Source of the DNA: Eledone cirrhosa
Taxonomy: Eukaryota
Length of the DNA stretch: 64,000 nt
Assembly: GCA_964016885.1 (NCBI GenBank)
Contig: OZ024745.1
Location: 7,626,001-7,690,000 of the forward strand
Direction: 5' to 3'
The position numbers and the translations under genes are program-made. Positions within the stretch are counted from its first letter, which is position 1. Every line of letters starts with the position of its first letter. Below the pieces are notes generated by a model that was not told the origin of the DNA, did not search any database, and saw only the letters and a program-made list of their open reading frames with translations. Below, in pieces: positions 26,404-42,021 of the stretch.

Positions 26404-27577
26404 ATAAGAATATTTATATTTATATATGTTTGATATAACTATAAATATGTAGGGTAGTACTAAGTACTAGCCGGTTGCCGGTATGACAAAAGGCTCAATG
26501 CAAATTTTCAAGTGTTTTACAGAGTCGAGATACAAAGTGTTAAAACGATCAAATTTTAGTTTAGAACATTTATTTGTTGACAATTGTTCCTTCCAGAGGG
26601 AAGTCTGGAATCATCGGAGCATAGGGAATGTCGAACCATGTTACTAAAATCCTAGTCATTTAGAACATTTAGGGTACATAATTGTTGTTAGTGTCAAAGG
26701 CATCAGGTGGAGAGTCAGGAGTTAAAAAGATGTTCTGCTTGAAAGAACACAATTACAGGTAGCACTGGTTGAAAGTGTAGTAGGTATAAGTAAAAAGCAC
26801 AAGCAAAAAAAAAAAAACAACTCACAAGCAAAAAAGAAACACAGGCAAAAAAGTTATAAGCAAGGACAATTGGTGTACAATGTAGAAGTCAATACAGTCA
26901 ATAAGGCATGTATGAGGAAAGAGTTAGAATGCAGTTGAAATAAACATATTTTGTGTGGGGTGTTAAAGCATGTTATAATTGTTATAAATGTTTAAGATAG
27001 TGTGCAATTTGTTAGAGAGGCATGTGGTGATAATGTAGGTATTTGTTATGTAAGGTGTAATGCAAAGCACGTGATACAGTTGGATATGTGATTTTCATTC
27101 AAGTGTTTTTGTGTTGTAGTTCGTATGTATGTGTGTATGTTGTTTGTAACTCACAGCTATTAACCATGGGATTATTTTGAGTCGTTTATAGTCAATAGGT
27201 GTTTATTTGTTAAATGTAAATTCCACCGAATTACTGGCCATGTTGTTATTGTAGGTATATTATCTTATGCATTTTTTATCTACAAATTATCTTTTCTAGG
27301 GTTTGTATTAACCGTTATTAAGCTGTTGGTGAACCGTTAGGTTGCTTGATTTTATTACACAGGAAGTTGTAAAGGGGGTTAATAACAAAGGGAGGTAATT
27401 AAGGTTGTTGATAAATTAAGGGTTGTTTTAATATTGTAGTAGTGTTATAAATTAATCTTTATAGAGTATATAAAATATTATTGGTTATATAATTGTTATC
27501 TTTTAAACTTGTGTGGAGGGAGTTAAAAACATTTTTTTATTTAGTTTATTATAACTAGATAGTTTTTACATAGTTAG

Positions 27578-27622
<45 letters not shown>

Positions 27623-28671
27623 ATGTGTGTGTGTATGTATATGTATGTATGCATGTATATATGTGTATGTCTAGGTATGTATATGCATGTATATATATGA
27701 ACCCGTAACTCTTGATGGAGTAGTAGGAATGTTGTTGTGACATATGAAGTGTCTTGACCATTTTAAACCTGGTGAAGCTCATCTCTCCAGGTCTGGTAAT
27801 TTTTATTGACCACGGTGTGATTTGAACTTATATCGCAGAGAGCGGTAATGAAGCATTTTGTCCAACGTTCAAACGACTCTGCCAACATTTTGGTTAACAT
27901 AATTCTAAATATATAATATGAATGAATAAATAAATAAAATGATGCGGTGTACGTAAGTCTGTTGTATCAGAGGTTTGGCCTAGGGCTAAACAACAACGAC
28001 AATAACTATGAACAAAAATATATCAACTCAATGAAGTAGCCCCTACATGGTCACTTGGCCTGCTAGAAATAGTAGCCAAATCTCTTAAATCACTCTCAGC
28101 GTCTTAAAGTAAGAAGGGATATATTAATAAACAATGTAATTCTAGATATAAAAAGATACGGGTTCACTATGGCCTTTGATCATAAGCTCTTCTTAATCGG
28201 GAGTGATTTCGAGCTAGATAACACGGATATGAATATTAAAAACACACCCCACCCAGCCCATGTTTTCCATTTCTTTTTGGACACTCTCTTCTGTTTCTAT
28301 AAGGAGCATTTTATACCATTAAGACGTTCTGTACATTTTATACCATTTCACTTTCGCCATTTGATCCTTAACCGTGGCAAGGTCAGCGACTTCTTCAAAT
28401 CTTATATTACATCTGGTTTGTCTCGCCAGATGTAATATTGTTTAGCCAGATGTAATATTATATTGATGAGGCTGCTGACCTTACAACCGATATGAATCAA
28501 AGATGAAAGAGATTTAGCCAGATTAAATCATCATCATCATTAACTCGTGAAATACATGTCTTTCACAAAGATTCTCCAACTTAAAGCTTTTCTGTAAATT
28601 GATTTTTCTGATTCCGAAGAGTGGACAGTAGTTTAGAATTTTGACAGCATCTGACACAGGCGTTTGTAGCA

Positions 28672-28865
28672 ATCGGGGTATAAGTCGGTAGAACTATAGG
28701 TGTATAAGACGATGGAACTATAGGTGTATAACACAGTTGAACTATAGGTGTATAAGTCGGTAGAACTATCGGTGTATAAGTCGGTTAAACTATCGGTGTA
28801 TAAGACGGTTGAACTATAGGTGTATAAGTCGGTAGAACTATCGGTGTATAAGTCGGTTGAACTGA
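28672..28865. repeat. 24-bp minisatellite
   Basis: ggtgtataagtcggtagaactat(a/c), about 8 copies. Confidence 0.95.
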
Positions 28866-28978
28866 CATAAGCTCATATCTAACACTTACCGTAATGAATT
28901 ACTTCTGTAAGAATTTCGTCTCAGACGCAGAGAGACGAAACTGAATAGGATCCTAAATTAAAATTTTAATAATAATAA

Positions 28979-29280
28979 TTGTTTCTACTTTTGGCACAAG
29001 GCCAGCAATTATCCCAGTGTATTACTGGTACTTTATTTTATCGACCCCGTAAGGATGAAAGACAAAGTTAACCTCGGCGGGATTAATAATAATAATAATT
29101 GTTTCTACTTTAGGCACAAGGCCAGCAATTACCCCAGTGCATTACTGGTACTTTATTTTATCGACCCCGTAAGGATGAAAGGCAAAGTCAACCTCGGCGG
29201 GATTTGAACTCAGATCGTAAAGGGACGTAACTATGCTGGAAAGCACGGCGTCCGACCCTCTACCGATACTGCCAATCCAC
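28979..29280 (-). mobile_element. SINE family 2: partial copy (28979-29083) plus a near full-length copy (29099-29280)
   Basis: Sequence identity to the other copies. Confidence 0.9.
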
Positions 29281-32030
29281 TTCATTTATTAGTCACAAGG
29301 GCTGACATGTAGGGGACAATACAAAGACAGGGACAGTGGGGGTTTACAATAAGGTCGAGTAAAAGTGCATAATGGCAAGACTAATTTAACAATGAAGATA
29401 TAAAAAATATAAAATAAACTATGAATAATATAACAAAATAAATTCCTCGATAAGGGGTGGACGACTCTGGGGTGACTCAGGTACCCACCAATCCTGAACC
29501 ACCCAGCGCTTCTAGGGCACCCAGGGAGAGCTCCCCTCTCCTCAAGTTAGCTAGCCTATAGGCGCATGGTCAGAGTAGGCCCATTCACACGGGCCATTCT
29601 CGCCACATTCATCCACCTTTTAGCAAATGTACTGGGTGGCAACACTTCTCTCTCCACCCTCACCTTCCTTTCCAGGTGAAACTTGAAGAAGTTGATGACG
29701 GATTGGCCGAAGAGAAAAGTGTCTGTCTTCAGTCCTTTCAATCTGGTCCACCATATGACCTCTTTCGCTACTGCCACCAGACAGAGGAAAATTTCCTGCT
29801 CTTCCTGGCCTAAGGAGAGCGGCGGGTCGATCATCACTATGGACTCGGCCAATAGTCGGATTCGTTCCACACGCGACAGTAGCTGTTCGACATAACTCCA
29901 CAAGTCAGTAATGCACGGACATTGGACAAGTGCGTGCAGAACGGTTTCGTCGTTCTGTGCGCATCTTGGGCAGGTCCGTCTGACAGCACTTCCGTGCCTG
30001 TAGAGTTTATCCCGAACCGGCAGTGCCCGCCGATAGCACTGCCAAGCGAGGGATTTGTGGAAATTGTCCATCGTCCCCAGCTCGAAAGTCCTCCGATACA
30101 GACTGGTCAGTTCAACTTCGTCGAGGCCCAAAGCTTCTCCGAGTGCGTCATCGCACTTGCCCACCATTAATCCTCTATAGAACTCGAGAGTGGAAGTTCC
30201 ACTGATCGCATTGCTCGCTTGGTAGTGAGTGCCTGGCAACATTCCAGGTGCCAGTCACCCAGTCTCGGTCTCTTCTTGACCCAGGACTGCAGCTCAGTCA
30301 AAGAAACGAGCTGCGGAAAGGCCCGTCTGATAAACGGCCACCACACCTGTTCAACGTTTAGGCAGAATATCTGGAGATGTCGCAGCCCCAGCGCATGTCT
30401 TCGCATTATTAGCCGCGGCATGCCCAGCCCTCCGCGTAGAGGGTGCTGGCAGCAGATGGACCGCCTCACCAACGGAACTTGTCCACTCCACAAGAAGTTG
30501 AAGAGGAGCCGTTCCAACTTGACGAGGCGCGGACGGGGGCAAGGCACAACGGTCAGGCGGTAGTAGATGACGGACGCGATGTACGCATTCGCCACCTCCG
30601 CGTGACCTTTCAGTGATAGCTTCCTCCCAGCCCATTTTTGGGTGAGACTGGCTACTCTGCTCGTTACCTCGTCCCAATTATTTTCCACCTGGAGGTCTGG
30701 TCCGAACCAAACCCCGAGCAACTTTACCGGTCCGTCCGTCCAGCGCCCCACAACGCTGTTGGACGGCATAGGCTTGCCTCTCCAGGTTCCGAGCTGCAAG
30801 CCCACCGACTTTTCCGGGTTAAGTTTGGCTCCTGTCAACCTCTCATATTCCTTCAATAAGGTGCCGACCACCTCGATTTCTGGGCTGTCCGAGCCTTTAC
30901 TGCGGAAGCTGGAGCTGTTGCAGGGCATCCCGCTTGAACCAGGACGTGGAAAGGCGGCTTCGGCTTATGCGGAGGACATCCCTTCTGTACAGAAGGGAAG
31001 AGAGAGGGCACCCTTGACGGACCGATCGGGAGAGCCGAAATGGTTCCGAGAGGTGGCCATTAACCTTGACCACCGAGCGTGTGCCGCTGTGCATTGCAGC
31101 GATCCAGCTTCTGTAGACAGGGCTGAAGCCAGCCGCTTTGAGGACAAACTCCAGATACCGATGGTCGACCCTATCGAATGTTTTCGATTGATCTAAATTG
31201 ATCAGTGCCCCACCGAAGCCAAGTTTACACCCTACCCTCTCTATGATGTATCACATGAGATGGAGATTGTCGTGTATGGACCTGGCTGGGATTGCGCAAG
31301 TTTGCGCCTCCCCAACCAAATCCTCGACGACAAGCGCCAATCTCTTTGCTAAGACCTTGGCCAAAATCGTAAACTCTGTGTTGAGCAGAGTTATGGGCCT
31401 GAAGTTGTCTAATGTATCCCTCTTGTTCGCGTCTTTCCTTATCAGCGTCACCACTCCCCTGCTCACAGAACTGGGAATACTCCCATTCTGCTGCCAGTTG
31501 CAGTAGAGTGCTTCGAGGAGATCGGAGAACAAGTCTGGCATATTTACGTAAAGCTCGTAGGGCAGGCCATCCAAACCGGGTAACTTGCGCCTCATGCAGC
31601 CGACAAGGGCGTCTTGAATTTTGGCTGAAGTAATCGGCCTTTCGCAGCGCTCAGCGTCGACCGTCGAGATGCGCGGCAAGCCGTCAAAGTAGGGACTGAA
31701 ATCCGCTACTCTCTCTGACTCGCCACTCTCCCCGAACAACCGAGCAAAGTGCTGGCGAAAGGCCTCACACATCCGCTTGGAATCGCTTATCTCGTGTCCG
31801 TCTCGGTCCGCCAAAGACCGAATTGTGGTTTTATTACCACGCTGCGCCTCTGTCACGCGAGCCCATCGAACAGCTTTGGTTCCCTCGTTTCTCAGAGCAC
31901 GCGCCTTAGCTCTGACAATGCAACCTTCGTGTTTCGCATTGAAGAAATGGTCTAATGCCATTCTCGCCGCTAGCACATCAGTTGCAATGCCACTACAAAT
32001 AGCCTCGTCTAACTTATCTAACTTATCTAG
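29281..32030 (-). mobile_element. 5'-truncated Tx1/L1-like LINE (RT and C-terminal CCHC/zf-RVT region), frameshifted
   Basis: PGLDGLPYE, NFRPITLLN, RQGCPLS, LNPEKS, KLLGVWFG, GGLGMP, CPRC..ETVLHALVQC. Confidence 0.92.
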
Positions 32031-32096
32031 CTGGTAGATAAGTTAGACGAGGCTATTATTAATAATAATAATAATAATAATCATAATAATAATAAT

Positions 32097-32305
32097 GGTT
32101 TCTTATATAGGCACAAGGCCAGCAATGTTGGGGGAGGGGAAAGTCGACTAAATCGACTCCAGTGCGTGACTGGTACTTTATTTTATCGACTCCGTAAGGA
32201 TGAAAGCTCCACTTTGCATTTCATCCTTACGGGGTCGATAGAGCATCAGTAACGTACTAAGGTCGATTTAATCAACTTTCTCCCCTAAATTGCTGGCCTT
32301 GTGAT
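32097..32305. mobile_element. Two head-to-head 3' halves of an older SINE family 2 subfamily
   Basis: 32112-32207 (-) and 32219-32304 (+) are diverged inverted copies. Confidence 0.7.
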
Positions 32306-33067
32306 TTTAAACCCTTATAACGTTACTAAAGCCCCATAAAAACTTTATTTATTTATTAGTAAAGAAAGTTCCTGGCCACCATTAAACCTCTTTCGTCTTA
32401 CCAACGTTTACCATAAAGTTTGTCAATAAAATAGTTTTTATATGTTCCATTTTAAATTTCAGCCTTCATGTTTTACAATTTAGACACACATACACAGATA
32501 CACACACACGCACACACATATACCCCCCACACACACACACACACATACACACACACACACACTCCTACATACCCCCCACGCATACTGAAACGTGTTTGTA
32601 TGTATTTATATGTGTACGTACGCGCACCCCCCCAACAATCCTATACACATGCAGACGCACGTTTGTATCTGTGTATGTGTGCGTGTATGTATGTATGTGT
32701 AAACGTGTGTATGTATATAAGTGTAAGGCTGTGTATGTACGGTGTTGTGTCTATGTGTATGTGATATCACCGAGTATTCCAATAAGGCAGGCTCCTAGAA
32801 GCAATGTTTCACACTTTCAACGTTATTTTTCTAACATATCTCAACGTCATATTCTCCGCTCTCAGCTCTACTTCAAAATAATCAGCGTCTTTGAGAAAAC
32901 AGGATCGCATATCTTAAAATTAATGCACCATTATATATTTTTCAAGGGAACTAACGAAATGGTGAAATGCCAGCACCAGTCATGGTATTTGCTGGCATTT
33001 CAAATGGGTTCCGTTTATTTCAAAGGAATTTTCCTATAACACTTTTTAACAATACATAATTACGGAT

Positions 33068-33892
<825 letters not shown>

Positions 33893-34168
33893 CCCACAAC
33901 CAAACAGGATTACTCGCCCTCTCTCCTCGTTTATATTTTTCTCATTTTTGTATTTTTCATTCTTTAACGTTATTTTCATTGTTATTTTCCTTTTCTGTTA
34001 TTCCTGATGAAGGGCAAATTCCCAATACGTTCACTATGTAACTCATTCTTCTTCCTCCAAGCGTGAAACTAGTACACTTCATGTTATTGCAACCTCTTGT
34101 TTGTTGGTTTCGTGCTTCTTTGACCAAAATCCAAAGAGGACTCGATAAGGGTTGTATGTATGTATGTA

Positions 34169-34216
<48 letters not shown>

Positions 34217-34334
34217 TGTGTGTGTGTATATATCTATATATGTGTATGTAAAAGTTAAACAGAAATAACAACTCAATCGGTACATTATATGGAAGGTATA
34301 TATTAGGTTAATGCTCGATATAGCAGGAAGAGGG

Positions 34335-34370
34335 TCTTAACGTTTCGGACGCTAGTCTTTCATCAAAAGA
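34335..34370 (-). ncRNA. Degenerate minimal hammerhead motif (C3 changed to U)
   Basis: TCTT-TTGATGA-AAGAC TAGC GTCC-GAAACGTT-AAGA. Confidence 0.55.
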
Positions 34371-34712
34371 AAGAATGAGAAATAAGATAGATTGAGGGGA
34401 CGGGTGGGTTGGAATTGGAAAAAATGTCTTTAGATAAAAATAACAGGTCCATTCATCAACCCGTAAAGCAAATATTTATTATTTGTACAGATTAAAAGTT
34501 TAAGCAATGAATTTCTGCTTTCACCCTCAGCGGGAAAATCCGAAACTGATGATCCCACTTTAAATCTGGTCTAATATATGTGTTGGTTGCTTACCGACAC
34601 TTCAGTATGCAGGTTAGAACACTCAACGAAGTGCGCAGGTAAGTCTGTTTCCTCCGGTGTAATTTAAAACAAGAAATGTAAGTCAACTGGTTGAAATTAA
34701 CTTACTTTATTC

Positions 34713-34761
34713 AATATATATTTCGGTGATAACCATAATTCAACAGTTATGACCTCATCAG
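34713..34761 (-). ncRNA. Hammerhead core lacking stem I, followed by AATAAA and a pLTR-like tail
   Basis: CTGATGA-GGTCATAAC..GTTATCACC-GAAATATATATT. Confidence 0.55.
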
Positions 34762-34889
34762 GCAGCTAGAATTTGAACAGAGAAAACAGGGAAAAGTAAT
34801 GGTGGAATAAAGTTTACCTTGTTAATTCGTTGATATGGCCAGATCCGGAAAGAGGTGTTAATTCAAAGAACTGTGTTATATATATATAT

Positions 34890-35407
34890 AAAATAATAAT
34901 AATAATAAAATGTGGAGAGGAAGCACACGAGTTAGGATATATATATATATATATATATATGAAAACAGGGAGAAAGAGACAATTATGAGGAAGAAAAATA
35001 TTTTTTTTTCCTTTTTTGTTCCTCTCTCTCTTTTTTCTGGGTTAGAAAATGATTAAAACGAAATGTTTTACTTTGTGTGAAGTGTTAAGGTATTAGTTGA
35101 TTTATTTATTATTTAACAATGGCATTTATTTATCTATTTATCTATTTAATTATTGTCTATTACCGGTTTCAGCATTTATATGCATTATCAAATGATAGTG
35201 AAATGTATTAGTGTGGTGTCGCACATGTTAAACAGAAGGTGCAGAAAGAATAATTTTTAAATAATAAATAAATCAACTAATACCTTAACACTTCACACAA
35301 AGTAAAACATTTCGTTTTAATCATTTTCTAACCCAGAAAAGAGAGAGAGAGAAACAAAAAAGGAAAAAAAATATTTTTCTACCTCATAATTGTCTCTTTC
35401 TCCCTGT

Positions 35408-35411
<4 letters not shown>
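34890..35411 (-). mobile_element. Penelope-like fold-back element
   Basis: Arms 34961-35116 and 35257-35411; decayed HHR TTGATAA-TGCAT ATAA ATGCT-GAAACCGGTA at 35157-35198. Confidence 0.65.
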
Positions 35412-35463
<52 letters not shown>

Positions 35464-35464
35464 T

Positions 35465-35644
35465 AACAAAGGAGTTGTGGTAAGGAACCAGCTGGACTAT
35501 AACGCACCAGAGTACTCAATACTTAGGGTAGTAGAGTGGGTAATAGGAAAATGTATGACCCTGACGGCAGAGCTCAAGCCGTTTCGACGGCTATTTCTGC
35601 AGCCATCGAAACGGCTTGAGCTCTGCCGTCGGGGTCATAATTTT

Positions 35645-35649
<5 letters not shown>
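35465..35649 (-). mobile_element. Family A copy 4
   Basis: Arms 35543-35592 and 35601-35649. Confidence 0.7.
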
Positions 35650-36044
<395 letters not shown>

Positions 36045-36984
36045 TTTTCTCTCTCTCGTCTACGATTACACAGAACTTATGTTCACCGAATTCACAGACT
36101 AGACCCCTTCTTCCTCCCGTTAGACCTGTACGGAATTCCTTCCTTGCTCACATTCCAACCAGGTTTGATGGCCTTTATTCTCTCTCGTTCACGATTTCAC
36201 CGAACTTATATTCATAGAAATTTGGGACTTGACTCGTTCTTCCTCATTTTTCGTTGCTTCACCATCTTTGTTTGTTTACACTCTCGCTGTCCCCTTTATT
36301 TACGTGTCCCAACGACTTTTTTTAGCCGTTGCTCGTACCAACCGGAGGTATATGGTCTTTAAAGCGAAGAAATACCTGTGATGGTTGGAAGATCACTGAT
36401 GAAGGACCACTTTATTCATATATATATATATATATATACTATAAAGTATGTCCATAGAATCATTTGATAATATATATATATACACCATTTCCTCTCCCAA
36501 TTAGCATAATTAACCACACAAAAAATCAATTAGACCAGGCTATAAGATTAAAAGGCACCTATGAAGAAATAGTAGATAAATAAATGACACCAATCTCTTC
36601 GCGGCCAACCGCCTTAGAATATTTACCCAACATTTCAACAGCACGTGGAAATCGATTAAATATACCGTCAACCATACACAATTAGGTATAAAATTAAAGT
36701 TAGAAGAAATGCACATACACATACCAGGATTACGTTTCTACCCTATAAAAATTAAGATGAGCAGAACAAACAAACATTAAACAATTCTTTAAAAAAAAAA
36801 AAAAAAATGATTTAAATATCTACCCGTTCATAAAGCCATTACCGGCGGTTTCGCTTTACAAAAGGTTAGAGATTCAGAGAATTTCTAACGGAAAAGTAAA
36901 GTTCATCAGATAGCTATTTTCATACAATAGGACTAAGTCCCATAGTCTGTAAATATATTGCCAACTACCAGCATACATACATTC

Positions 36985-37077
<93 letters not shown>

Positions 37078-37279
37078 CATACATACATACATTCATACAT
37101 ATATACATACATACATACATACATACATACATACATACATACATACATACATACATGCATACATACATTCATACATATATATATACATACATACATACAT
37201 ACATACATTCATGCATTCATACATACACATATAAATATATATATGTAAATATAAATACATATATATATGTATACACACA

Positions 37280-37329
<50 letters not shown>

Positions 37330-37715
37330 CGTGTGTGTGCATACACGTGCATACACACACACACACACACACATGCACATATACACATATATATATATAT
37401 ATATGATACACACACACACACACACTGTGTATGTGTAACGAATAAGTTGAAAGGGAATATTATTTACTTATTGAATATTTTTTGCTGACTTCATCAATAA
37501 ATCTCTTCGATTTCTAATCAATTTAATTATTTCCCTTTTTCGTTTCTAGAAAACAACTGACACAGAGTAAAGAAAAGATGAATTGTGATGTAGCTTTACT
37601 GCATCTTCACCACATTCTATATAACCAATATATGTAGTTCTCCGTAGAATAGCTACAGTTATCACAATGTATCTATATATGTATGTACACACACATATAT
37701 ACACATATATATATA

Positions 37716-37865
37716 TGAAAGCGCATGGCTTAGTGGGTAGAGCGTTGGGCTCGCAATTATGGGGTTGTCAGTTCGATTCTCGGACCGGGTGATGCGTTGT
37801 GTCCTTGAGCAAGACACTTTATTTCACATTGTTCTAGTTTACTTAGCTGAAGAAATGAGTTGTGA
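37716..37865 (+). mobile_element. SINE family 1
   Basis: TGGCTTAGTGG..AGTTCGATTCTCGG..GTGTCCTTGAGCAAGACACTTTATTTCAC. Confidence 0.8.
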
Positions 37866-38205
37866 CGTTACTGAGTTGCATCAACCATCATCTTTCCCTT
37901 GGACAACATTGTTACAGAAGTAAGATGAAAACGTTCATTCGTTTCGTCTTCGACTGTCTCAGGTTGGCGACACTAAAAAGGGCAATAGTCGTGAAATATT
38001 CCACCCACGGTAAGACGTTACTTTCTTTTCCTTCATTTACCACCATTTGCTCTTCCTACTTTCACTGCATTCTACCGCCTTTTAAAGAAACTTAGCAGTT
38101 ATTTATCACACACATACATACATACACATACATACATACATACACACACATACATACATACACACACATACATACATATACACATACATACACACACATA
38201 TATAT

Positions 38206-38260
<55 letters not shown>

Positions 38261-38337
38261 GTAAAATAAAACAAGGACGAGTGGTTACTCCTTCATTACG
38301 TTTATTGGTTGGTGACGCGCGTTTCGCCACTGATCAG
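38261..38337 (-). mobile_element. Penelope-like pLTR 3' fragment with an HHR 3' half
   Basis: CGAAACGCGCGTC followed by AATAAA and TTGTTTTATTTTAC(TA)n. Confidence 0.55.
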
Positions 38338-38443
38338 CTGAAAATTTGATCTGTATCGATCTAGTCCGACTCTGTAATCCACGGCTCGTAGGACCCCTTA
38401 TAATGGTAATGAACATACAGTAACTCCAAGTTACACTCCCTGG

Positions 38444-38509
<66 letters not shown>

Positions 38510-38954
38510 ATTTATATATTCTAAAAATTAAGAAATATGAAACATAAGAAAAAATATAACAAAAATATGGTTTGATAGAGAAGACTGAAACAAGAATATA
38601 TTGTGGACGACTTTATATTCCGTGCAACAGTTAATATAACTCTCTGTCTGGCTGTGTGGTTGTCTTTCGTCACCCTACAGCGATTACATCTAGCCCAGCC
38701 TTCTTCCTTGTCACCAACATCAACACACTAAGTTTATAGTTCCTAGCTTATATAAATATTTATTTATTCATTCAGTAAATTCAATTCATTCAATTATCTC
38801 GTTTCTTCCAAAGTTGCCGACGGCGTCCAGCAGATTTCCTTGTGAGACAACAACTGAAAGACAAATTGATAGATTAAAAGCTACAAAAACACGACTACAG
38901 CGAAATAAGAAATAAATTAAAAAATAAATTTCTTCTCAACCACCTAACGTCACA

Positions 38955-39850
38955 CCCACACACACTGACATATTCACGTGTAGACACACACTAACATATA
39001 CACGTGTAGACATAAACACACTGACATATACATGTGTAGGCACACACTGACATATTCACGTGTAGACACACACTAACATATACACGTGTAGGCACACACT
39101 GACATATACACATGTAGACACACACTGACATATACATGTGTAGACACACACTGACATATATGCGTGTAGACATACACACACTGACATATACATGTGTAGG
39201 AACACACTGACATATACACGTATAGACACAGACACACTGACATATACACGTGTAGATACACACTGACATATACATTTGTAGACACACACACACTGACATA
39301 TACACGTGTAGGCACACACTGACATATACACGTGTAGGCACACACTGACATATACACATGTAGACACACACACACTGACATATACACATGTAGACACACA
39401 CACACTGACATATACATGTGTAGGCACAAACACACTGACATATACACGTGTAGACACACACACACTGATATATACATGTGTAGACACACACACACTGACA
39501 TATACATGTGTAGGCATACACACACTGACATATACATGTGTAGGCATACACACACTGACATATACATGTGTAGACACACACACACTGACATATACATGTG
39601 TAGGCATACACACACTGACATATACATGTGTAGGCATACACACACTGACATATACATGTGTAGACACACACACACTGACATATACATGTGTAGACACACA
39701 CACACTGACATATACATGTGTAGGCATACACACACTGACATATACATGTGTAGGCATACACACACTGACATATACATGTGTAGACACACACACACTGACA
39801 TATACATGTGTAGACACACACACACTGACATATACATGTGTAGACACATA
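38955..39850. repeat. 26-30-bp minisatellite
   Basis: cacactgacatatacatgtgtag(a/g)ca(c/t)aca. Confidence 0.95.
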
Positions 39851-40186
39851 CACACATACACACACACATATATATATTCATGTACCGTCACATTCAAACG
39901 TACATGGCCATATTATTTATTTATGTATATTAGATTCTTCACATACATACTCCCCCCTCTCTCCTCATTATCTTTATCCCTCTCCATCTCTCTCTCTCTC
40001 CCTTATATGTACGAGGCACAAACAGGAGGGTGGGGTGGGTGAATTCTCTGGGCACCCTTTCTCAAAGAGGGCGCCCTGTAGGAATAGCTTTAGACTCCCC
40101 TCCTAAAATCTAAATCTGGCCCCTTACACAATAGAACTACCAATAAAGCGGGTGTCGTCACAGTTGAGTGAACCAAGAAATTCTAA

Positions 40187-40420
40187 TTAATTGAAATTTC
40201 CTCTAGCCTCCTCCGCTATTTTCTGTTCCTTACCTGTAAGGGTTGTGAGATTCCAGGTTCCAATTGTCAAAGTTTGCTCCCATCTTTGTATGTCCATCCC
40301 ATGCCTCTTAGGGCAGGTCGCAGGCCCATCTCCAGTTTTTAGAGCATGAGATGGAGACTGCACTATATCTTTCAAACAAGTCCCTCTACATAAGGCCTGA
40401 ACACGTCCCTTGTTAACTCG
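40187..40420 (-). pseudogene. RTE-like LINE 5' fragment (start of the APE endonuclease)
   Basis: LTIGTWNLTTLTGK resembles the IGTWNVRTL APE motif. Confidence 0.6.
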
Positions 40421-40608
40421 TACGAAGGACGATGCCTTTGTTGTGTCTAGTTATATTCCAGTAGGTCTTTAGTGTCGTCTCTCGTCGGTCAACAATCTCA
40501 TACTTTCTTGGTTCACCAAATTCTATACATTATAATGACCACTTCTTGCAGCAAGGCACCCTTGGATAATTCCTTCACCTCAAGTCATTCGCCCGTGTAT
40601 ATGAGTGA

Positions 40609-40674
<66 letters not shown>

Positions 40675-40865
40675 ATGCGTTTGTGTGTGTGTGTGCGTGT
40701 GTACGTGTACCGTTTGAGGATGTATATTGTAAAGTTTGATGAGAAAATGGAAAGAGCGGTAGTTTAAGTAGGAAGTCTTTTACGACAGTTGTCGGTCAGA
40801 AATCGGGTGAATCAGTAACTCAGCCTGTTTCAGACATGTAACAACCTTCTTGTTCATTATTGCTC

Positions 40866-41046
40866 GTGGATTGGCAGTATCGGTAGAGGGTCGGACGCCA
40901 TGCTTTCCAGCATAGTTACGTTCTTTACGATCTGAGTTCAAATCCCGCCGAGGTTGACTTTGCCTTTCATCCTTACGGGGTCGATAAAATAAAGTACCAG
41001 TAATGCACTGGGTAATTGCTGGCCTTGTGCCTAAAGTAGAAACAAT
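40866..41046 (+). mobile_element. SINE family 2
   Basis: Target-site duplication attattgctc (40856-40865 and 41045-41054). Confidence 0.9.
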
Positions 41047-41184
41047 TATTGCTCATTATCTCCGATACTAAAGAGATAAAGAAAATATATAGCAATTCTC
41101 ACATACATATCAATACATTTACATATATCTATTTTAGTTGTTCTCTATTTACTTTCAGTATTTTACATACACAGATATACATAC

Positions 41185-41260
<76 letters not shown>

Positions 41261-41267
41261 CGCCCTA

Positions 41268-41333
<66 letters not shown>

Positions 41334-41890
41334 GTTTGAATTTGTAAAGCCAAGACAATGCAGGTATGGACTTAGAATAAAAAATGCAAATGCAAAAGAT
41401 ATTGTTGGCAATTAGTCTTTTACCTTAGATTTATTTAAATGTCCTTAATTTTCTTCTTCGGAGGGAAGTAAAGCGGTTAAATCAGTGTTCTAAATAGCTT
41501 ATATATATATATATATATATATATATCGGGAATTTTACCCGCCCTAGAATATATGTATATATATATATATATATATATAAACACACATATATGTGTGTGT
41601 ATGTAAACTCACAATACCCATACACCAATTCACTTACACATACACAAACAACATACATTCGTATACTATTAATTATTTTATATGATTTAATTCGTTTTTA
41701 AATTATATTTATTGATTAAATTCAAATATATACAAATAAGAATATGTATAAATATAAATATATACATACATACACACACATATATATATGGGGGGGGGGT
41801 ATTGATGTATATATTATATATGTGTATATATATATGTGTGTGTGTGTACATATCATATATAAATATATATACATAAATACAAATAAATAA

Positions 41891-41935
<45 letters not shown>

Positions 41936-41960
41936 CACACACACTCATATATATATATAA

Positions 41961-42021
<61 letters not shown>

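Noticed and set aside
38991-40042. Cys/His-rich repeat ORFs resembling metal-binding proteins
   Set aside because: Translations of a 30-bp minisatellite on both strands.
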